In this document: positions 54,307 to 60,519 of the stretch, piece after piece | Layout of the letters: the number at the start of each line of letters is the position of its first letter | Numbering within the stretch: position 1 is the stretch's first letter | Origin: Octopus bimaculoides | Lineage: Eukaryota | Assembly (NCBI RefSeq): GCF_001194135.2 | Contig: NC_069003.1 | Span: 34,279,888 to 34,343,887, forward strand | Direction of reading: 5' to 3' | Length of the DNA stretch: 64,000 nucleotides | Notes under the pieces: generated by a model | Databases searched by the model: none | What the model was told of the DNA's origin: nothing | What the model saw: only the letters and a program-made list of their open reading frames with translations | Program-made: the position numbers and the translations under genes

Positions 54307-54625
54307 GCAGCTGTTTATGTTCATGTAGTTTAAAAGAATTCCTTTATTTTCAAATAGGTGTTGACTTCCAAGTCTTGTTCTGAAGAAGGTCTGGAAGATG
54401 CCACCAATCTGTTGCTGCAGTTGTCTAGAGCCAATTCTGCTACCCACAATGCTGTGCTCAAATTACTATTGGATGGCGCTCGAGAACTTGGTCACACGAT
54501 CTGTGACCATATCCGGTAAGTGTGTTTCTCTTTGTGTGTGTGTGTGTGTACTAGATTATTGCTGGATCAGTGTGATTTGTGACACGCTAGCAATAACTCA
54601 AATTATTGAAACAATGGCATGTATG

Positions 54626-54656
<31 letters not shown>

Positions 54657-57600
54657 GTATAGGCACAGCCATGCAACCACATGGTCCTAGGTTCAATACC
54701 ATTTTGGCCAAATTGTCTTCTACTTATTCCTGATAGTTGTAAATGAGTGTCACTGTCATACAAGCAGTGTTGTTCATTTCCAATATTCCACGCAAGAACT
54801 TGCCTGGCCTTGGGGAAATATTTCTTTGCTTGGAAACAGGTGAGGGTTGGTGACAGGAATGGTATCTGACTGTAGAAAAATCTGCCTCAAAGAAACTCCA
54901 TCCAAACCAATGTAAAACCGTGGAAACGACAACATTGATGATATATGTATTACTTCCTTCATTGAACTACCATACTGGAGCACTCTTTGTGTGTGTGTGT
55001 GTGTGTATGTGTGTGTTCATGCACATATGTATATGTTATATGTAGAATAACACAAACAAATTTGAACTCAGAACATTGCGACAGGCGAAATGCTGTTATG
55101 CATTTTGTCCAGTGTGCTAACGATTCTGCCAGCTCGCTGCATTTGTAATAACAATAATAATAATGATGATACCCTAAAAGACAGCAGCAGTGTACACACC
55201 CTGATGACTTTGATAAACTGTGAGGCAGAAGTGTAGAGGGCACATTGCTGCTTTCTGTGACTCATTGATATTCTGCTCCTGTTTTATGCATTTTGTTAAA
55301 TTCCTGTGTTATTTACTGAAGTAAATTTTGTATTTGTTTACAGTAAGCTGCTGGTAGAAATCAAAGAATTGAACGGGAAGCTAAAAGATATCCAAGGAGA
55401 TGAGTCCAAGGACACAGGTCCACTGGTGAAAGGTTATTTGACGGACAGGTGAGTAAATTAATCTCTTACACTACTTAACCTTCCTCTGTTGATTTCATCA
55501 GAATAGAAGTGTTGTTGGTGAAAAGAGCGTTTAGAAGGAACATGTGGTTTGTGCCAGTCACCTCCATGGCCAACTAACTGGTATAGAGAAGGGTTGCTTC
55601 CCAATGACAGTCATTGTGGTATTATCATCGCACAATGTAGGTGCAGGCATAGCTATGTGGTTGAGCAGCTTGCTTTCCAATCATATGGTCTTCGGTTCAG
55701 TTCTACTCCATGGCACCTTGGGCAAATGTCTGCTGTAGCCTCAAGCTGGTCAAAGTCTTGTGAATGGATTTGGTGGACAGAAACTGAAAGAAACCCATCA
55801 TGTATATATATATATATATATATATTGGGTGATCCCATAAATAAACCAATTTTTTAAAAAATTTTATTTTTCAAAATTTAGATAAGCAAAGTTTTTTTTA
55901 ATCAAAAATATACTTTCCTTCATTTTCTACAATGCTCTTCCATCTATCTGTTAGACTTGCAAGGCCCCTCTAGCAAAATTCACTTGTCAGTGGCGAAAAA
56001 TACTTCTCCACTGTTCTGGATTCAGATGATGTTTATTTTTGTCTCTTGTGTTTGTAGGTTCACCCGAGCAGTTAATGTTGTTGTGTCTGCCCCCACTAAA
56101 ATGAAGGGAGGTCACGACCTACAGTTGCCGTCAATGTCTATGTTGACCAGTAAGAACTCCAGCCAGCAGTTCTTCCTTCGTATCCTTAAGGTTATCATTC
56201 ATCTCAGAGATGCTGCACGCCAGTCACTTGCCAAGAAAGCAAGAGCCACAGGTACGTACAACTATTTTGCCTTCTTTCTCGCGTTTATACTGCTTTCAGA
56301 GATAGGTTTCCCTCTCTCTTTTCTTTTTGTCCAGCTGTGTTTATGGCACTCCATCGGTTACAACAGCAAGGGTTCCAATTGATCTGATCAATGGGAGACC
56401 CTGTTTGTGAAATTCATGTGCAAGTAGTTGAGCACTCCACAATAGGATGGAGTGAAAATAAAAAGAAAGTTATAGAAATTGAAAATGCCTGAGGCCTAAA
56501 ATCTTGCTATATATTGTTACTAGAAAAAATGCAAAATTGTTGCTTAGATCAGTCAAGGGCATTCCCCCCCCCCCAATTATTTTTGTCAGTTCATCTCTTT
56601 TAGCTTTGCCTCTCTCTCAAGGACCTGCTCCCCCCCCCATCTCTTTTCTGTCTGTCTCTCTCGTAACCATGCTTATAACTGTTGATGTTTTGTAGGTGAA
56701 AGAACTCTAACGGACGATGTGTTGGCACCAACCATGGAAACATTGATAGACACCTCTGGCAGTGGTAGCGCAATGTTTTCCTCCCAAGATGGAGCAGCTG
56801 CTACTCAAGCGCCTGCCCCTGCAGCCAGCGGTGCCACTGCTACAGATGTTAACACCACCAGTACTAGCAGCAGTCAGGAAATGACCAGTTCCACTTTATC
56901 TGAGAACCAGCCATCACAATCTATTACACAGCAACAAAGTTTCATAGAATCCGTCACTTTGATGACAGATTCTCAGATGGATGTCGATCAAGCAGGTAGG
57001 TGACAAAGGCATGTGCCAAATTGAAGTCTTGTTACTTCGGTTGATGCCACAATGAAGGTTCTTGAAATCGATGACCTCACATAATCCTTTACAAGCATTC
57101 TACACTAAATCCACGAGCGTATAAAAAAAGAATTATCATCATTGTAATTATTTAACACCCTCCATACATGCTAATATGGATTGGACTGTTTGGTATGAAC
57201 TGACAAGCCAGAGAACTGCACTGATCTCTAATGTCTGCTTTGGCATGGTTTCTACAGCTGGATGCCCTTCCTAATGCCAACCAATTTTACAGAGGGCACT
57301 AGGTGCTTTCTTTCTGGCACTAGTACTGATGAAGTCCCCAACTACTCACAGGACAAGACCTCCTCAACTTAATGGGGGAGGGGTTATAGCATTGAGAAAT
57401 AAATTAGGATAGAGGGACATGGGCAGTTGTCTTACTGAAGGGGTGAATGCATGGCTTTGTCATCTGGGTTGAAGTCTCACTTTCGTGAACTTCCCCTTTC
57501 ATCCGTCAGATGAAACCCTTAAGTGTTTAAACCTTTTCATATTTGGTTTAAATATTCTCCCCATTTCATGTTAAATTCGGCCAGATGTGGCCTCTTACAT

Positions 57601-60484
57601 CACCTACCTTACATGTAAAAATCATCCAGTCATCAAAAATCTTGATGCTATGAGATAATGCATGATTAATTAAAACAATTTGAATAAACAAACATTACAT
57701 TTGAAAGTAATCTGAATGCTAAAGGGTTAAATCACTTGTCCACTACCTGCCCTTATTACTTTTGTGTCCTACATAATTTCACTTGAGACCCTGTATATTT
57801 TTGTTGACTTTTTCAGAGAATTTAGTTGATGACCGAAAAGGACGATCAAAGAAGGAAGGAGAACTTCCTCGCCTTAGTGATCAATTACAGTTAGATGAAA
57901 TGTGGCAGACCCTTGGAGACTGCCTCACAGAATTAGCCAAGACACCTGACCACCATGCCGTACTTATTCTCCAACCAGCTGTTGAAGCCTTCTTTCTTGT
58001 GCATGCAGGTAAGTTTTCTTCTGAACGATTTCATTAATTATTCCTAGTGGGCTACCATATATATATATATATATATAATTGGAAAATTACTATTTATAAT
58101 AGTGCATGACCTGTTTTATGCCTGGAGGGATGAATTAAGGATAAAAGAAAGAAAAATATTGAAAGAAAAGAAACATTCGATAGATCAATATATACATATT
58201 AGTTTTTAAATGTTTTTTTTCTATATACAACATTATAGACAAACCATAGACAGGAAATTTTTGAAACAGTCAGTGCCTGTCTGTACAGTATTTTTAGTGA
58301 ATTTTACATATTTGTAATTGGGATGCTTGTAAAAATCCTTTCACCACTATATATATATATCATCATCATCATTTAATGTCAGCTTTCCATGCTGGCATGG
58401 GTTGTACGGTTTGACTGAGGTCTAGGAAGCCAGGAGGCTGCACCAGGCTCCAATCTGATTTGGCATAGTTTCTAAAGCTTGATGCCCTTCCTAACAACGC
58501 CAACCACTTTGAGAATGTAGTGGGTGCTTTTTATGTGCCACCAGCACGGGGGCCAGTCAGCTGGCACTGGCATTTGACCATACTCGAATGGTGCTTTTTA
58601 CGTCCTACCGGCATGGGAGCAAGTCAGGTGGCACTGGCAACAACACATATTTCATTGTCGTCTCATTTTCCAGATTCTTTATCTTATTTTCTGTCATGAT
58701 GTTTGCAAAATGTGTCAATCCATGTTTTATATTGTTTTCAGGTGAGAAAGACACCAAGAAAAACGAGCAACCAAGTCAGAAACGTGAAGATCAGTTATCT
58801 CACTTGAGTATGGAAGTTGCACCAGCTTCGCCATCTCCAGCATCTGTTATGGAGAACTCCACGTTACTTACCCGGGAAAATTCTGTGGCGTCTGTATCCT
58901 CTTTGGGACATGCCTCAAGTGATACACAGAAATTTTTAAAGTTTGCTGGTAAGTTTTTTGGGGTTTTTTTTTCAACTGATTTTGTAACAGTTGTATTTCT
59001 TTCTTGTTATAATAAAATATTATACAATATTTAGCCTAAGAACAAATGTTGAGAATACCAGTAATATACTGGTTCCCTTCAACTTCATTGCTACTTCTTG
59101 TGTGGCCTGCTTCTTGAAAAACATTAGCCACGCTTGTTTTAAACAATTCTTATTCCCAGTCCATAGAAAGTGGCATCTATTCCAAGTATTCAAATTGTAA
59201 ACCTTATTGTCAACAAGTGAAATCATTTTGTGTGTTTGACAGAACAAACAGAAAAAACACAACACACACAATTATATACTTTTCTTTGTCTTTCATTTTT
59301 AGTTTGTGTGCCCTTCAATCAGTTTTGTTAATTAAAAATAAAATATATAAAATTATTTATGTATATTTTCCCAAACTAGCATCATTGAATTCAAAGTAAT
59401 TTTTCATTGGCATGCCATAAAGTAAGCCGAGCATCTACAGTTTGCCCATGGCTGGTTAAAACAGTCAACTAAGAACATCTATAGATTGCTAAAAAAATTA
59501 TTTCATTGTCAACTTGTATCACAGGATATCTAAGATTGTGAATTCAACTTTTCAGTGTTTCTTTAAATTCTTGTACTTCTCTTTCTTTCAGAAACTCACC
59601 GAACAGTATTGAACCAAATACTGCGACAGTCTACAACGCCCCTCGCTGACGGTCCATTTTCAGTTTTGGTTGATCACACTAGAGTCTTGGATTTTGATGT
59701 GAAAAGAAGATATTTCCGACAGGAACTAGAACGATTAGACGAAGGTTTGCGTAGAGAAGATTTGGCCGTCCATGTAAAAAGGGAACATGTTTTTGAAGAT
59801 TCCTTCCGGGACCTGTTTCGTCGATCTCCTGAAGAATGGAAGCACCGATTCTACATTGTGTTTGAAGGTAGCTTTTAATGTTCTCTACCTAAAACTGAGT
59901 TAATCAAAAGTAATTAAAAGATCATGACAAATCTTCAAATGAAAAATGTTATTGTACATTAATTTGCTGCTGTTTTTGTTGTGGTTTCAGGTGAGGAAGG
60001 TCAGGATGCTGGTGGCTTGTTAAGAGAATGGTATGTTGTAATATCAAGAGAAATTTTCAACCCGATGTATGCGTTGTTCCGTACATCTCCTGGAGACCGA
60101 GTCACTTACACCATCAATCCCTCATCCCATTGCAACTCTAACCATCTCAGCTATTTCAAGTTTGTTGGCCGGATCATTGCCAAGGCCATCTACGACAACA
60201 AGTTGCTAGAGTGCTTTTTCACACGGTCCTTCTATAAACATATCATTGGGCAGGCTGTCAAGTGAGTAATCCAAAAACAATCTTCATCTGATGTTGTTCG
60301 TTATTAATTACTTTTTACCGAGTTAACAGCTACGTTTATCTCATATATTCCACTTGTAAGTAAATAAATACAATCAAATGTATACCAAACAAACTTAAGA
60401 TTAATACATTATCAAACGTGTGGATATTTCCATACATGCAATAAAGGCAGCCACTGCACCTATAGCATTAGCTTGTGTGTGCAC

Positions 60485-60519
<35 letters not shown>
